DNA of 64,000 nucleotides from Oceanispirochaeta sp. (GTDB lineage Bacteria; Spirochaetota; Spirochaetia; DSM-2461): positions 192,001-256,000 of the forward strand of contig CAXXOA010000001.1 in the NCBI GenBank assembly GCA_963666275.2. Direction: 5' to 3'. This document shows positions 19,264-29,210 of the stretch, piece by piece (the stretch's first letter is position 1; the number at the start of each line of letters is the position of its first letter). The position numbers and the translations under genes were made by a program. The notes under the pieces were generated by a model. It was not told the origin of the DNA. It saw only the letters and a list, made by a program, of their open reading frames with translations, and made no database searches.

Positions 19264-20403
19264 GTGGAAGAACTGGAACAGTCCATCAGTAATATGAACC
19301 AGCGTAAGAAATATCTCAGGATCTATGATTATCTGAAAATTTTTATTGATCAGAATAAATTCACTCTGAACAATAAGCTCCCTTCAGAAAATTTTCTCTG
19401 CGGGAAATTTTCAGTCAGCCGCGAAACAGTCCGAATGGCGATGAAGCTGCTTATGGATGAAGGTCTTGTTTACTCCCGGAAGGGAAGCGGGACCTATTTT
19501 GACAAATATGCAGCAATTTCCGCTCCTGATATAGGGGATACCGATAAGACAAGAATCGCTTTTATAACACAGGGAAGGGACTATAACACAAGCTCCAATC
19601 TTGTGCGGGGGATTAAACAGGCTCTGGACAGAGACTCGGTTGAATTGAAGATCTTTATGACTGACAACAAACTGTCCAATGAGCGGAAGTGCCTGGAATC
19701 CTGCTATTCCGGGTATGACGGATTGATCGTGGATGGAGTGAAAGCCAGCATCATGAATCCCAATCTTGACTGCTATTCCTATATAGATAAAAAAAACATT
19801 CCCATTATTTTTTTCAATAACTACTACATGGGAACCCATTACCCCAGGGTCATCATCGATGATGCCGCCTGCGCCGACGGTCTGATAAGGCGATTGACAG
19901 AAAAAGGTCATAAACATATTGCCGGAATATTTATGTACGATAATTATCAGGGTCAGGAGAAATACAACGGGTTTATGAAATCCCTCATAAAATACGGGGC
20001 GGAATTCAGGGATGATTATGTGAAGTGGTGTATTTCCGATGAGAGCTATGATAAAAAAAGCTTCCCCCTGAGCTTATGGCACTTCCTTAAAAAGCTTCCG
20101 AAAGTCACAGCTGTCGTTTGCTGCAATTATATGATCCTGAATATGATGCTGGAGCTTTTTGAAGAAAAAGGCATCTCTGTTCCCCGTGACTACTCTATTG
20201 TGGGGTTTGACTATTCCTGTTCGGACTGGCCGAACAGGGGGATCACCGCATCCATTCACCCGGGGTTTGATATGGGAGTGTACGTGGGGGATACCATCCT
20301 GCAAATGGTAGAAGACAATAACTTTAGAAAGAGAGATTATTCCTATGTCTTCCCTCCCAACATTTTTGACGGGACCTCTGTGAAGGATCTTAATCGTCAG
20401 TGA
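19264..20403 (+). CDS. GntR-HTH / LacI-type sensor regulator (AraR-like)
   Basis: KLPSENFLCGKFSVSRETVR...GSGTY, plus a periplasmic-binding-fold C-terminus (VPRDYSIVGFD). The start may be 19294. Confidence 0.92.
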   Translation: MEELEQSISNMNQRKKYLRIYDYLKIFIDQNKFTLNNKLPSENFLCGKFSVSRETVRMAMKLLMDEGLVYSRKGSGTYFDKYAAISAPDIGDTDKTRIAFITQGRDYNTSSNLVRGIKQALDRDSVELKIFMTDNKLSNERKCLESCYSGYDGLIVDGVKASIMNPNLDCYSYIDKKNIPIIFFNNYYMGTHYPRVIIDDAACADGLIRRLTEKGHKHIAGIFMYDNYQGQEKYNGFMKSLIKYGAEFRDDYVKWCISDESYDKKSFPLSLWHFLKKLPKVTAVVCCNYMILNMMLELFEEKGISVPRDYSIVGFDYSCSDWPNRGITASIHPGFDMGVYVGDTILQMVEDNNFRKRDYSYVFPPNIFDGTSVKDLNRQ

Positions 20404-20415
20404 GATCCGGAAAGT

Positions 20416-20958
20416 TCATTCATAGGCGAAGATATTAAAATATTTAATGATCTCCGTTACGGGGGTAATTTTATGGGGTATGGAAGATTTAAAATAGAGG
20501 CCCTCACCGGATTTCACTATATAGGTGCTAGTGCCTATTGAGCACTGGGCTTCTCCCTCCAGTATGTATATGAATTCCTCGCCGTCATGCTGAAGGACTT
20601 TTTCTATGAATTCTTCCCTTCTGACTTCGTAGTAGAACGGTTGGAGTTTTTTGCTGTAGAAGTTGGCCGCAATAGGGACGTAAGAGTAACCTCTTTCAGT
20701 AGGAACAAGCATATTCTTGAGCTTATCCAGTTCAAAAGTCACAATATCCTGTTTGTTACTGGGTTCTTCCAGTAGTTCTGTTACCGTGCTTTCGAGTACT
20801 GTCGCTATTTTGTAGAGCGTGGATATCGGAGGCGTGACTTTCCCGTTTTCTATTTTTGAAAGTAGACTTTTTGAAAATCCCGCGAGATCCGCTGTTTCCT
20901 GCAGGGTATATCCTTTATTTGATCTTGCTCTTTTTATCCGTATTCCCAATTCTTTCAT
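20416..20958 (-). CDS. XRE-HTH + cupin regulator, copy 1
   Basis: LQETADLAGFSKSLLSKIENG...PPISTL; cupin HDGEEFIYILEG...PH. Confidence 0.93.
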   Translation of the reverse strand: MKELGIRIKRARSNKGYTLQETADLAGFSKSLLSKIENGKVTPPISTLYKIATVLESTVTELLEEPSNKQDIVTFELDKLKNMLVPTERGYSYVPIAANFYSKKLQPFYYEVRREEFIEKVLQHDGEEFIYILEGEAQCSIGTSTYIVKSGEGLYFKSSIPHKITPVTEIIKYFNIFAYE

Positions 20959-21147
20959 TACTATAAATATACGTGTGTGTTGAATTTTGCTCAACAACTA
21001 TTTTAATATATTGAAACATTTTTTGTTATATCAAACGCCTGGTACACTTTTTTGTGCTGTTGGTTGAATTCAGATCTACTTTTTCAAGGTCTGGTGCAAC
21101 TGCATAACCTCCTGATCTTCTCGGATGATCAGGAGCGGACCGGAGGT

Positions 21148-22428
21148 TTAACCCGCAAGAAGGCCGGGAAGCCACAGGGACAGTTCAGGAATATAGGTAA
21201 TCAGCATAAGCAATAGGAACATGCCGATAAAGAAGGGTATAAATCCCCGGAATGCCTGCTTCATATTAATTCCCGCAATTGAGCAGCTCACAAACAGACA
21301 GGATCCCACCGGTGGTGTGAATAGTCCTATCCCCAGGTTTGTTACCACAATAACCCCGAAATGGATTGGATCCACACCAAGATGAAATGCTATGGGTGCA
21401 AGGACAGGGACAAATATGATCATAGCCGGAGTCAGGTCAAGGATGGCTCCTGCCACCAGAAGGATCACGTTGAAAAACAACAGAATCAGAACCTTGCTGC
21501 TTGTAATGCTCAGAAGAAATTCAGATATGATTATGGGAAGTCTCTGACTGGTAATGATCCAGCTGAATACATTTGCCGTACCTACCATCAGCATGACCAT
21601 GCCTGTGATTTTTATGGTTTCCACGAACATCGCCGGGAGATCTTTCAGTTTAATTTTCTTGTAGACGAAAAAACCGACGATAAAGGAATAGATTACAGCC
21701 AGTACCGCAGCTTCTGTAGGTGTTACTATCCCCGAAATAATCCCGCCCAGAACAATGACAATCGACATTAACGGGATAATACTGTCAAGTGTAATGAGTA
21801 CCGCTTCTTTGAACGTGTAGGCTTTATCCCGCGGATAATCTCTTTTCTGGGAAATGAGACCGCTGATAAACATCAGAACGAGTCCCACCAGCAGGCCGGG
21901 AATGGCTCCGGCAATGAAAAGGGTTCCTACGGATTGATTCATGAGTATTCCGTAAATAACCATGGGAATGCTGGGGGGAATCAGTATTCCTATGACAGAT
22001 GAAGTGGCAGTTACAGATACCGAGAAATCTTTATCGTATCCTTTCTTTGTCATGGAAGGAATCAGTATCGAGCCGATGGATGAGGAATCTGCTGTGGCTG
22101 ATCCTGTTATTCCCGCAAACAGCATGCTGACAACGATGTTTATGTAGGCAAGCCCCCCTTTGAAACGCCCGACCACTATAGAGGAGGCTTTGATCATTCT
22201 GTTGGAGATCCCGCCGCTGGCCATGATTTTTCCAGCCAGGATAAAAAACGGTATAGCTAACAGGGTGAATGAGTCCAGGCCTGAATAAAGCCTCTGCGGG
22301 ATCATTATGAGAGGTGTTATATTGGTTGCTTTCAGCCAGATGGCAGATGAAATACCCAGGACGAATCCCACCGGGACAGAAAGAATGACAAAAAGCAGAA
22401 AGCAGATGAAAAGCAATCCGAGCATCAT
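21148..22428 (-). CDS. dctM: TRAP transporter large permease
   Basis: LLAIPFF, GSATAD, IPPSIP, TPTEA, TPPVG. Confidence 0.95.
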   Translation of the reverse strand: MMLGLLFICFLLFVILSVPVGFVLGISSAIWLKATNITPLIMIPQRLYSGLDSFTLLAIPFFILAGKIMASGGISNRMIKASSIVVGRFKGGLAYINIVVSMLFAGITGSATADSSSIGSILIPSMTKKGYDKDFSVSVTATSSVIGILIPPSIPMVIYGILMNQSVGTLFIAGAIPGLLVGLVLMFISGLISQKRDYPRDKAYTFKEAVLITLDSIIPLMSIVIVLGGIISGIVTPTEAAVLAVIYSFIVGFFVYKKIKLKDLPAMFVETIKITGMVMLMVGTANVFSWIITSQRLPIIISEFLLSITSSKVLILLFFNVILLVAGAILDLTPAMIIFVPVLAPIAFHLGVDPIHFGVIVVTNLGIGLFTPPVGSCLFVSCSIAGINMKQAFRGFIPFFIGMFLLLMLITYIPELSLWLPGLLAG

Positions 22429-22931
22429 GATTGAGTTTCTCCTATCTGGTAATCGAGTACAGCAAAGACAATATGGAACAGAGAATAGACGGCCATAAGA
22501 AAAAAGGCAAAGGGGATAACCGAATAGACCACGCCCATGGATATTCTTGAAACCGGGGCGACCTGCTTAGCTGCAATTCCCAGCAGTTTAAGTCCCTGTG
22601 CGGTAACAACAATACTGAAAACGAAAATGAGAACTTGTATAAAGATATTCAGTATCAGAACCCCAAGGGGGCTCAGTTTTTCCGAAATGATATCAAGGCG
22701 TATATGGCTGTTGTCTTTCATGACCATGGCTGCCCCCAGGAAGGATATCCAGATGAACAGAAAACGGCTGATTTCATCGCTGAAGGCGATGGGGAACTGA
22801 AAGACATATCTGGATAGAATCTGTATTGTCGTAAATAGTATGACTATCAGGAACAGGAATACGGCAACAATATTTACCGTAACATCCATTATATCCCTGA
22901 CTCTTTTTATGATGGGTCGAATCCTTTCCAT
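22425..22931 (-). CDS. dctQ: TRAP transporter small permease
   Basis: SRY...EISRFLFIWISFLGAA...HIRLD. Confidence 0.93.
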   Translation of the reverse strand: MERIRPIIKRVRDIMDVTVNIVAVFLFLIVILFTTIQILSRYVFQFPIAFSDEISRFLFIWISFLGAAMVMKDNSHIRLDIISEKLSPLGVLILNIFIQVLIFVFSIVVTAQGLKLLGIAAKQVAPVSRISMGVVYSVIPFAFFLMAVYSLFHIVFAVLDYQIGETQS

Positions 22932-22985
22932 TTTTACTCCTTGAAAAGCTGGACGGGAGCCTGTTGAGGCTCCCTTTCGGTTGTA

Positions 22986-23978
22986 TTATTGAGTAACTTT
23001 CATTGCCGCATCAATAATTTCCTTCCCAACCAGATCGGCATTCTCATAGATAATATCCTTTACTGCCATTCTGAAATCTGAAAGGTCCAGATCATTTATT
23101 TTCATACCTTCCGCTGTAAGATCTCCCAGGACACTTTCTTCGAGTTCATTCCAGAGCTCCCATTCGTATTTCTGAGTCTCCTGTGCTGCGGCTTTTACTG
23201 TTTTTTTCTGATCATCCGTAAGGGAATCAAAAACCGGTTTGCTGATGATGACCACATTCAAGTCATAGAAATGGTTTGTCATGGAATAGTAATCGGATAC
23301 TTCGTAAAATTTCTGGGCAAACAGGGCAACGGGAGGTTGTTCTGCTCCGTCGACAACCCCCTGTTTCAGGGCGGAATACAGTTCGCTGTAGGCAATGGGG
23401 GTAGCCAGGGCGCCCAGGGTGTTTATCGCTTCAATCATGATGGGATCATTCATAACCCGGATTTTCAGACCTGAAAGATCTTCCAGGGATTCTATCGGTC
23501 TTTTTCCGTTGAAGATACTTCGGAATCCCGTATCGTAATAGGCCAGAAGTTCAAATCCCGCATCATTAAGGCTGGACTGCAGTATTTCGCCGACTTCTCC
23601 CTCCAGAGCGGCTTTTACTTCGTCTTTGGAGACAAATACATAGGGGAGGCTGAAAATGCTGAATTCCGGACAGAAGGAACTCAGGGCTGCGGCTGATACT
23701 TTTGCAATTTCTATAGTACCGCTCTGCATACCTTCAAGAGATTCCCGTGCTCCTCCCAGCTGGCTGTTGGGGAAAACCTGAACTTCTAGATCTGATGACT
23801 CGTTCTGGTTTATCAGATCCGCAAAATAATTGTCTGCCTGTACATGGGGATTGTCTTCGGATACCTGGTCCGAGAACTTCAACAGCACTTTGCTCTGTTC
23901 TGATGACCCGTTGGCAAACAGCCCGGTTGCGACTAATGCCATTACCAAAAGGACGCCAAAAAAAAATTTCCTATTCAT
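22986..23978 (-). CDS. dctP: TRAP transporter substrate-binding protein
   Basis: FPNSQLG, GLKIRV (carboxylate-binding Arg), LKQGVVDGAE. Confidence 0.95.
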   Translation of the reverse strand: MNRKFFFGVLLVMALVATGLFANGSSEQSKVLLKFSDQVSEDNPHVQADNYFADLINQNESSDLEVQVFPNSQLGGARESLEGMQSGTIEIAKVSAAALSSFCPEFSIFSLPYVFVSKDEVKAALEGEVGEILQSSLNDAGFELLAYYDTGFRSIFNGKRPIESLEDLSGLKIRVMNDPIMIEAINTLGALATPIAYSELYSALKQGVVDGAEQPPVALFAQKFYEVSDYYSMTNHFYDLNVVIISKPVFDSLTDDQKKTVKAAAQETQKYEWELWNELEESVLGDLTAEGMKINDLDLSDFRMAVKDIIYENADLVGKEIIDAAMKVTQ

Positions 23979-24402
23979 CAATATCTCCTTTTTTAGTGGT
24001 CCAACCACTTTGATTGTATATTAATTTCCCTTTTTGTATTTACCAGGTTATCCAGTTTCAATCACTGTAAGCATTCGCCCGGGATCTTCTAAAGGAATCC
24101 CATCTATCACCGGTGAAACTGTTATTGAGAATCTCTTCTCAACTTCCCGCAACCGCCTGTCATATTTGGATGAAAAAAATCGTAATATTCGGTACTTTAA
24201 GGTTTCATGTGCGGTTGAATTATGGTTTATTTAATTGATTTTATTTCAACAACAGGAAGATAGTCAAACCTAATTATGAAAAAATATTTGAGTATAAAAT
24301 TATAAATATATTTCCTGTGAAATTAAATTAGTTTTATATAAATACTTATATTAAAATAATATAGAATTTTTATTTTGAGAGGGTTTTAATTGTTTCAATA
24401 TA

Positions 24403-24419
24403 ATTCAACAATGTTGAAT
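24403..24419. promoter_or_regulatory. Palindromic operator ATTCAACA-A-TGTTGAAT
   Basis: Perfect 8-1-8 inverted repeat upstream of the TRAP1 operon; the core recurs at 31956 and 31799. Confidence 0.7.
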
Positions 24420-24466
24420 AGTAAGAATCTTTTGGTCTGTTTGGTTTAGTGGTTTATCCTGTTCTT

Positions 24467-25009
24467 TTACTCATAGGCAAAAATATTGAAATATTTTATG
24501 AGATCCGTAAGAGGGGTAATTTTGTGAGGTATCAGGGAATTGAAGAACAGACCTTCTCCAGATTTCACGATATATGTATTGCTGCCGATAGAGCACCTGG
24601 CTTTACCGTCCAGAATGAATATGAACTCCTCTCCTTCATGCTGAAGCACTTTCTCAATGAATTCCTCACGGCGGACCTCGTAGTAGAAGGGCTGAAGCTT
24701 TTTACTGTAGAAATTGGCGGCGATCGGTACAAAAGAGTATCCCCGCTCTGTGGGGACAAGGAGGCTTTCGAGTTGATCGAGCTTGAAGGATACAATGTCC
24801 TGTTTGCTGCTCGGTTCCTCCAGAAGTTCTGTAAGAGTGCTATCCAGGACTGCGGCAATCTTATGGAGTGTTGAAATCGGGGGAGTGACTTTTCCGTTTT
24901 CAATTTTAGAGATAAGGCTTTTGGAATACCCAGCCAGATCTGCTGTCTCCTGCAGGGTATATCCCTTTTTTGATCTTGCTTTTTTTATGCGTATGCCGAT
25001 TTTCTTCAT
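24467..25009 (-). CDS. XRE-HTH + cupin regulator, copy 2
   Basis: Close paralogue of 20416-20958, with shared strings such as PIAANFYSKKLQPFYYEVRREEFIEKVLQH and IKYFNIFAYE. Confidence 0.93.
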   Translation of the reverse strand: MKKIGIRIKKARSKKGYTLQETADLAGYSKSLISKIENGKVTPPISTLHKIAAVLDSTLTELLEEPSSKQDIVSFKLDQLESLLVPTERGYSFVPIAANFYSKKLQPFYYEVRREEFIEKVLQHEGEEFIFILDGKARCSIGSNTYIVKSGEGLFFNSLIPHKITPLTDLIKYFNIFAYE

Positions 25010-25120
25010 AGTTTTCCGGAATGTATTTTGCCGATAGGGAGCCTGCAGCCCGATTGATTCCAATAGAGTCTGTTCTCCCGTCGGATGAATATCAGTCCGA
25101 CGGAAGAATGCTGTATCTCT

Positions 25121-26404
25121 CTATTTCCAGTGCTTTTCCATTCTTTTTCTGAGGTCTTTTTTATACTCTTCCCAGTCGGATATAGGCTCTTTTGCCAGTC
25201 CTTCATCACAGGCTGCTTTGGCAACAGCAACAGCTTCCCATTCGATGACTCTGGGATCGAAGGGTTTGGGCACTACGTAGTCTCTGCCGAATGTAAAATC
25301 CCGGCCGTAGGCTTTTCTGACTTCATCCGGTACAGGTTGTTTCGCCAGCTCCGCCAGGGCCCTGGCGGCTGCCATTTTCATTCCTTCGGATATCTTTTTT
25401 GCCTTTACATCCATAGCTCCCCTGAAGATAAAGGGAAATCCCAGGACATTGTTTACCTGGTTGGGGAAGTCGCTTCTTCCTGTTCCCATTATGATGTCAT
25501 CCCGTGTGGCATGAGCCAGGGCCGGATCGATTTCGGGATTGGGGTTTGCCATAGCGAAAATAATAGGTTTGGGTGCCATGGATTTGATCATGCTTTCGGT
25601 CAGGCAGTCAGCTACGGACAGTCCGATAAAGACATCCGCTCCTTCGATGGCTTCTTCTAGGGTTCTCTTTTCAGTTTCCGCAGTAAATTCTTCCTTTTCC
25701 GGAGTCATTTTTCTGGTTCGTCCCTTATAGATCACCCCGGCTGAGTCCAGTAGGAGCATGTTTTCTTTTTTGATCCCTGCGGCTAAGAACATTTTTGAAC
25801 AGCTGATACCGGCAGCACCGGCTCCGTTTACCACAATTTTCAGCTCGTCCAGTTTTTTACCCTGCACTTCTGCTGCATTGATCAGCCCAGCCGTCGCAAT
25901 GATCGCCGTTCCATGCTGATCGTCATGAAATACGGGGATATTGCATTTCTCAATGAGAGCCTGTTCTATTTCAAAGCATTCGGGAGAACCAATATCCTCC
26001 AGATTGACTCCCCCGAAAGTGGGCTCCATGGTTTTTACTATTTCAATAATTTTTTCCGGATCTTTCGTGTCCAGTTCTATATCAAAGACATCAATATCGG
26101 CAAATCTTTTAAAAAGGACACCTTTGCCCTCCATGACAGGTTTGCTGGCCAGGGCTCCTCTGTTCCCCAGTCCGAGGATAGCAGTTCCGTTGGACACGAC
26201 GGCCACGAGATTGCCCTTGTTGGTATAACGGAAGGCATCGCTGGGATTTTCCGCTATTTCAAGAACGGGATGTGCCACTCCGGGAGAATAGGCCAGTGTC
26301 AGGTCGTCGGAAGTTCTGCATGGCTTGGAAGCTATGACTTCCAGTTTTCCCGGCTGGTTGTTCTGGTTGTGGTATTCCAGTGCCTTCTTTTTCATGTCGT
26401 TCAT
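25121..26404 (-). CDS. Malic enzyme (MaeB N-terminal type, no PTA domain)
   Basis: AYSPGVA, NGTAILGLG, PVMEGKGVLFK, FHDDQHGTA, GRSDFPNQVNN. Confidence 0.95.
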   Translation of the reverse strand: MNDMKKKALEYHNQNNQPGKLEVIASKPCRTSDDLTLAYSPGVAHPVLEIAENPSDAFRYTNKGNLVAVVSNGTAILGLGNRGALASKPVMEGKGVLFKRFADIDVFDIELDTKDPEKIIEIVKTMEPTFGGVNLEDIGSPECFEIEQALIEKCNIPVFHDDQHGTAIIATAGLINAAEVQGKKLDELKIVVNGAGAAGISCSKMFLAAGIKKENMLLLDSAGVIYKGRTRKMTPEKEEFTAETEKRTLEEAIEGADVFIGLSVADCLTESMIKSMAPKPIIFAMANPNPEIDPALAHATRDDIIMGTGRSDFPNQVNNVLGFPFIFRGAMDVKAKKISEGMKMAAARALAELAKQPVPDEVRKAYGRDFTFGRDYVVPKPFDPRVIEWEAVAVAKAACDEGLAKEPISDWEEYKKDLRKRMEKHWK

Positions 26405-26491
26405 ATTTTATTCCTTTGAGTCTTGTTTCTTATTGTCTGTTCAATTTGATTTTAAGTTCAGATTTCAGAGTCCTGTGAACTCCGTATAAAA

Positions 26492-27262
26492 TTACAGAGC
26501 CGTCATTCCTCCGTCTATAACCAGTTCCGATCCTGTCATGAAAGAAGATTCCTCCGATGCCAGAAACAGAATCCCTGCTGCAATTTCAACCGGCCGAGCA
26601 AATCTGTTTAAAGGGGTCTGGCTGAGTCTTTTTTCTCTGATTTCCGGATCGGAATGGATGTCTTTTGTCATCGGAGTGTCCGTAAAGCCGGGAAAAACGG
26701 CATTTATCCTGATATTAGATGAGGCATACTGTATAGCCGCTGTACGGGAAAGGGCTCGGCAAGCCCCTTTACTCGCCGAATAGGAGGTCGTTTTCTGGGT
26801 TCCCACCAGGCCGTATACGGATGAGACATTGACGATAGAACCTCCTCCCGTTCTGACCATTTCGGGGATGACATGCTTCATCCCCAGAAAAACCCCGGTA
26901 CTGTTGATGCTGAATACTTTATCCCAGGCATCCAGGGTTGTCTCCGTAAGAGCTGGTCTTACCAGCGGGCCGCCCACGCCGAAAGCGTTCACCAGTACAT
27001 CGATCCGTCCGAATCTTTTTACCGATTTTTCCACGGCCTGAATCCAGTTCTGTTCCGCAGAAGCGTCGCAGTCAAAGAATTCTGAAGGAATTCCGGTTTC
27101 CGTAAGTTCTTCCGCTACCTTCGTCCCTTCAGGTCTTTTGATATCCAGAATCGCTATCCCGTCAGGATTCTCTGTGGAAAAGAGGCGGCATGTTTCGGCG
27201 CCAATGCCTGTAGCCCCTCCCGCGACAAGAATGATTTTGCCAGTTAATCTTCCGTTCTTCAC
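26492..27262 (-). CDS. SDR-family oxidoreductase
   Basis: GGATGIG, NVSS, YSASK; GTG start. Confidence 0.9.
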   Translation of the reverse strand: MKNGRLTGKIILVAGGATGIGAETCRLFSTENPDGIAILDIKRPEGTKVAEELTETGIPSEFFDCDASAEQNWIQAVEKSVKRFGRIDVLVNAFGVGGPLVRPALTETTLDAWDKVFSINSTGVFLGMKHVIPEMVRTGGGSIVNVSSVYGLVGTQKTTSYSASKGACRALSRTAAIQYASSNIRINAVFPGFTDTPMTKDIHSDPEIREKRLSQTPLNRFARPVEIAAGILFLASEESSFMTGSELVIDGGMTAL

Positions 27263-27276
27263 ACTCTTCTCCCTTG

Positions 27277-28101
27277 TCAGTTCATTTCGTATCCGCCGTC
27301 TACATTCATGGTCTGCCCGGTAATGAAGTCGGCTTCGCCTGAACAGAGGAATGAAACGGCCGCTGCAATATCTTCGACGGATCCCGCACGCTTCAGGGGA
27401 ATCTTCTCTATCATCTGCTCTGTTGCTTCTTCGATGGAGATCCCCATTGTTCTGGCTTTTTCTCTAATGCTTTTTTCCCACATGGGGGTAACCACCACGC
27501 TGGGGGATACGGCGTTCACATTGATCCCGTAAGGAGCCAGAGCCATGGCTGCAGACTGGGTGATGCTGATTATGGCCGCCTTACTTGCTGCGTAATGGAC
27601 CTGGAAAGAGCGTCCTCTTCGTCCTGCAATAGACGAGAAATTGACAATTTTTCCGTAACATCTGTCGGCTCTTCCTCTGGCTTCCACGTCATCCGGGATA
27701 TTCCGGATCATTAGTCTGCCCGCAGCCTGGTTTGTGAAGGCTGTCCCTTTCTGATTGATGTCTATGATTCTGTCCCACTCGCTGTGATCGACTTCCAGGA
27801 AGTCCTTGGATTGGACTATTCCGGCTGCATTGACCAGTATGTCCAGGGCTTTCCGCTCCCGGTAAATAGTTTCAGCGGCATCTTCAATGGAATCGGGATC
27901 AGAAACATCGCATCTAAGGGGGATCGCCATGCCTCCGCAGGTTTCTTTCAATTCTTCTGCGGTTTTCTGCAGTTCTGAAGTGTTGATGTCGCTTATATAG
28001 ACGAGGGCTCCGTCCTGTATCAGCCTTCGGGCCGAGGCTTTTCCTATACCCGACGCCGCTCCTGTTACCCAGGCTGTTTTACCTTCAAGTTTCAATGACA
28101 C
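27277..28101 (-). CDS. SDR-family oxidoreductase, sorbitol/L-iditol 2-dehydrogenase-like
   Basis: TGAASGIG; SSIAGRRG...HYAASKAAIISITQSAAMALAPYGINVNAV...TPMW. Confidence 0.85.
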   Translation of the reverse strand: MSLKLEGKTAWVTGAASGIGKASARRLIQDGALVYISDINTSELQKTAEELKETCGGMAIPLRCDVSDPDSIEDAAETIYRERKALDILVNAAGIVQSKDFLEVDHSEWDRIIDINQKGTAFTNQAAGRLMIRNIPDDVEARGRADRCYGKIVNFSSIAGRRGRSFQVHYAASKAAIISITQSAAMALAPYGINVNAVSPSVVVTPMWEKSIREKARTMGISIEEATEQMIEKIPLKRAGSVEDIAAAVSFLCSGEADFITGQTMNVDGGYEMN

Positions 28102-28163
28102 TGATCCTTTCTCCTTTTGCTGATAAACCGGAGCTCCTCCCGCAGAAGAAGCTCCTTATGTAT

Positions 28164-29171
28164 TTAGTTGGAGCTGTTTGCTACAGCTTTGACCTTCTCG
28201 ATAAACTCTTTACCGATCTGATCTTCATACTGGGCGTAAACCGGCTGCACTCCTTCCTGAAACAGTTTGTGCTGGGCGGGAGTCAGTTTTGTTACGGTCA
28301 TTCCGGATTCCTCCAGTTCGGATACGTACTGATCTGTCAGATTTCTGGTCAGGTCTCTCTGGTAGAGGGTGGCTTCCTTTCCGGCTTCCAGAACGATTTT
28401 CTGTTCTTCGGGGGTGAACTTATCAAAAGTAGCTTTGCTCATAAGAAGCATATGGGGCTGCCAGACATGGCTTGTGAGGGTCATGTAATCCTGAACCTCG
28501 AAAAATTTCTGACTGGAAATGATGGAAACCGGGTTTTCCTGGCCGTCAATGGTTTCCTGCTGCATGGCGGTGAAGACTTCACTGAAGGGCATGGGGGTCG
28601 GGTTTGCTCCCAGAGACTTCCAGGCTGCAAGATGAACCTCGTTTTCCATGGTTCTGATTTTCAGTCCATCCAGATCTGAAGGAGAAATAACGGGTTTGAC
28701 GCTGTTGGTCAGCTGTCTGAATCCTCCGTCGAAGTAGGCAATTACGATAATGCCTTTCTCTTCAAGGCTTTTAGAAAGTTCCGCACCGATCTCTCCGTCG
28801 AGTACTTTGTCTGAAGATTCCGCATTCTGGAACAGAAAAGGCAGGTCGAGAACCTGGAATTTGGGAGCCAGTCCTACGATGGGAGAAGAAGATGTCGTAC
28901 ACATCTCCAGAACGCCCATGCTCACCTGCTCGGTTACGCGGACATCATCCCCGAGCTGAGCATTGCCGTACATCTGCACATCCACGGGAAGTTTTGCCTC
29001 CAGAAGTTCTCCGAACTTCACACATCCCAGATAGGTGGGGTTGGATTCATTGACACCTGTAGCCACTTTCAGGACCCTTGTCCCTGATTCCTGCTGACCG
29101 CTGGTGTATGCATTGGTGATTACCAGAAGCATAGCCAATCCTAAAATAAGTGATCTCATTTGCTTTTTCAT
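28164..29171 (-). CDS. dctP: TRAP transporter substrate-binding protein
   Basis: NAQLG, GLKIRTM, PTPMPFSEVFTAMQQ..IDGQENP. Confidence 0.95.
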   Translation of the reverse strand: MKKQMRSLILGLAMLLVITNAYTSGQQESGTRVLKVATGVNESNPTYLGCVKFGELLEAKLPVDVQMYGNAQLGDDVRVTEQVSMGVLEMCTTSSSPIVGLAPKFQVLDLPFLFQNAESSDKVLDGEIGAELSKSLEEKGIIVIAYFDGGFRQLTNSVKPVISPSDLDGLKIRTMENEVHLAAWKSLGANPTPMPFSEVFTAMQQETIDGQENPVSIISSQKFFEVQDYMTLTSHVWQPHMLLMSKATFDKFTPEEQKIVLEAGKEATLYQRDLTRNLTDQYVSELEESGMTVTKLTPAQHKLFQEGVQPVYAQYEDQIGKEFIEKVKAVANSSN

Positions 29172-29210
29172 AAAGTCTCCTCCTGACATTTATTAACAAC
29201 TAAAACTCGT

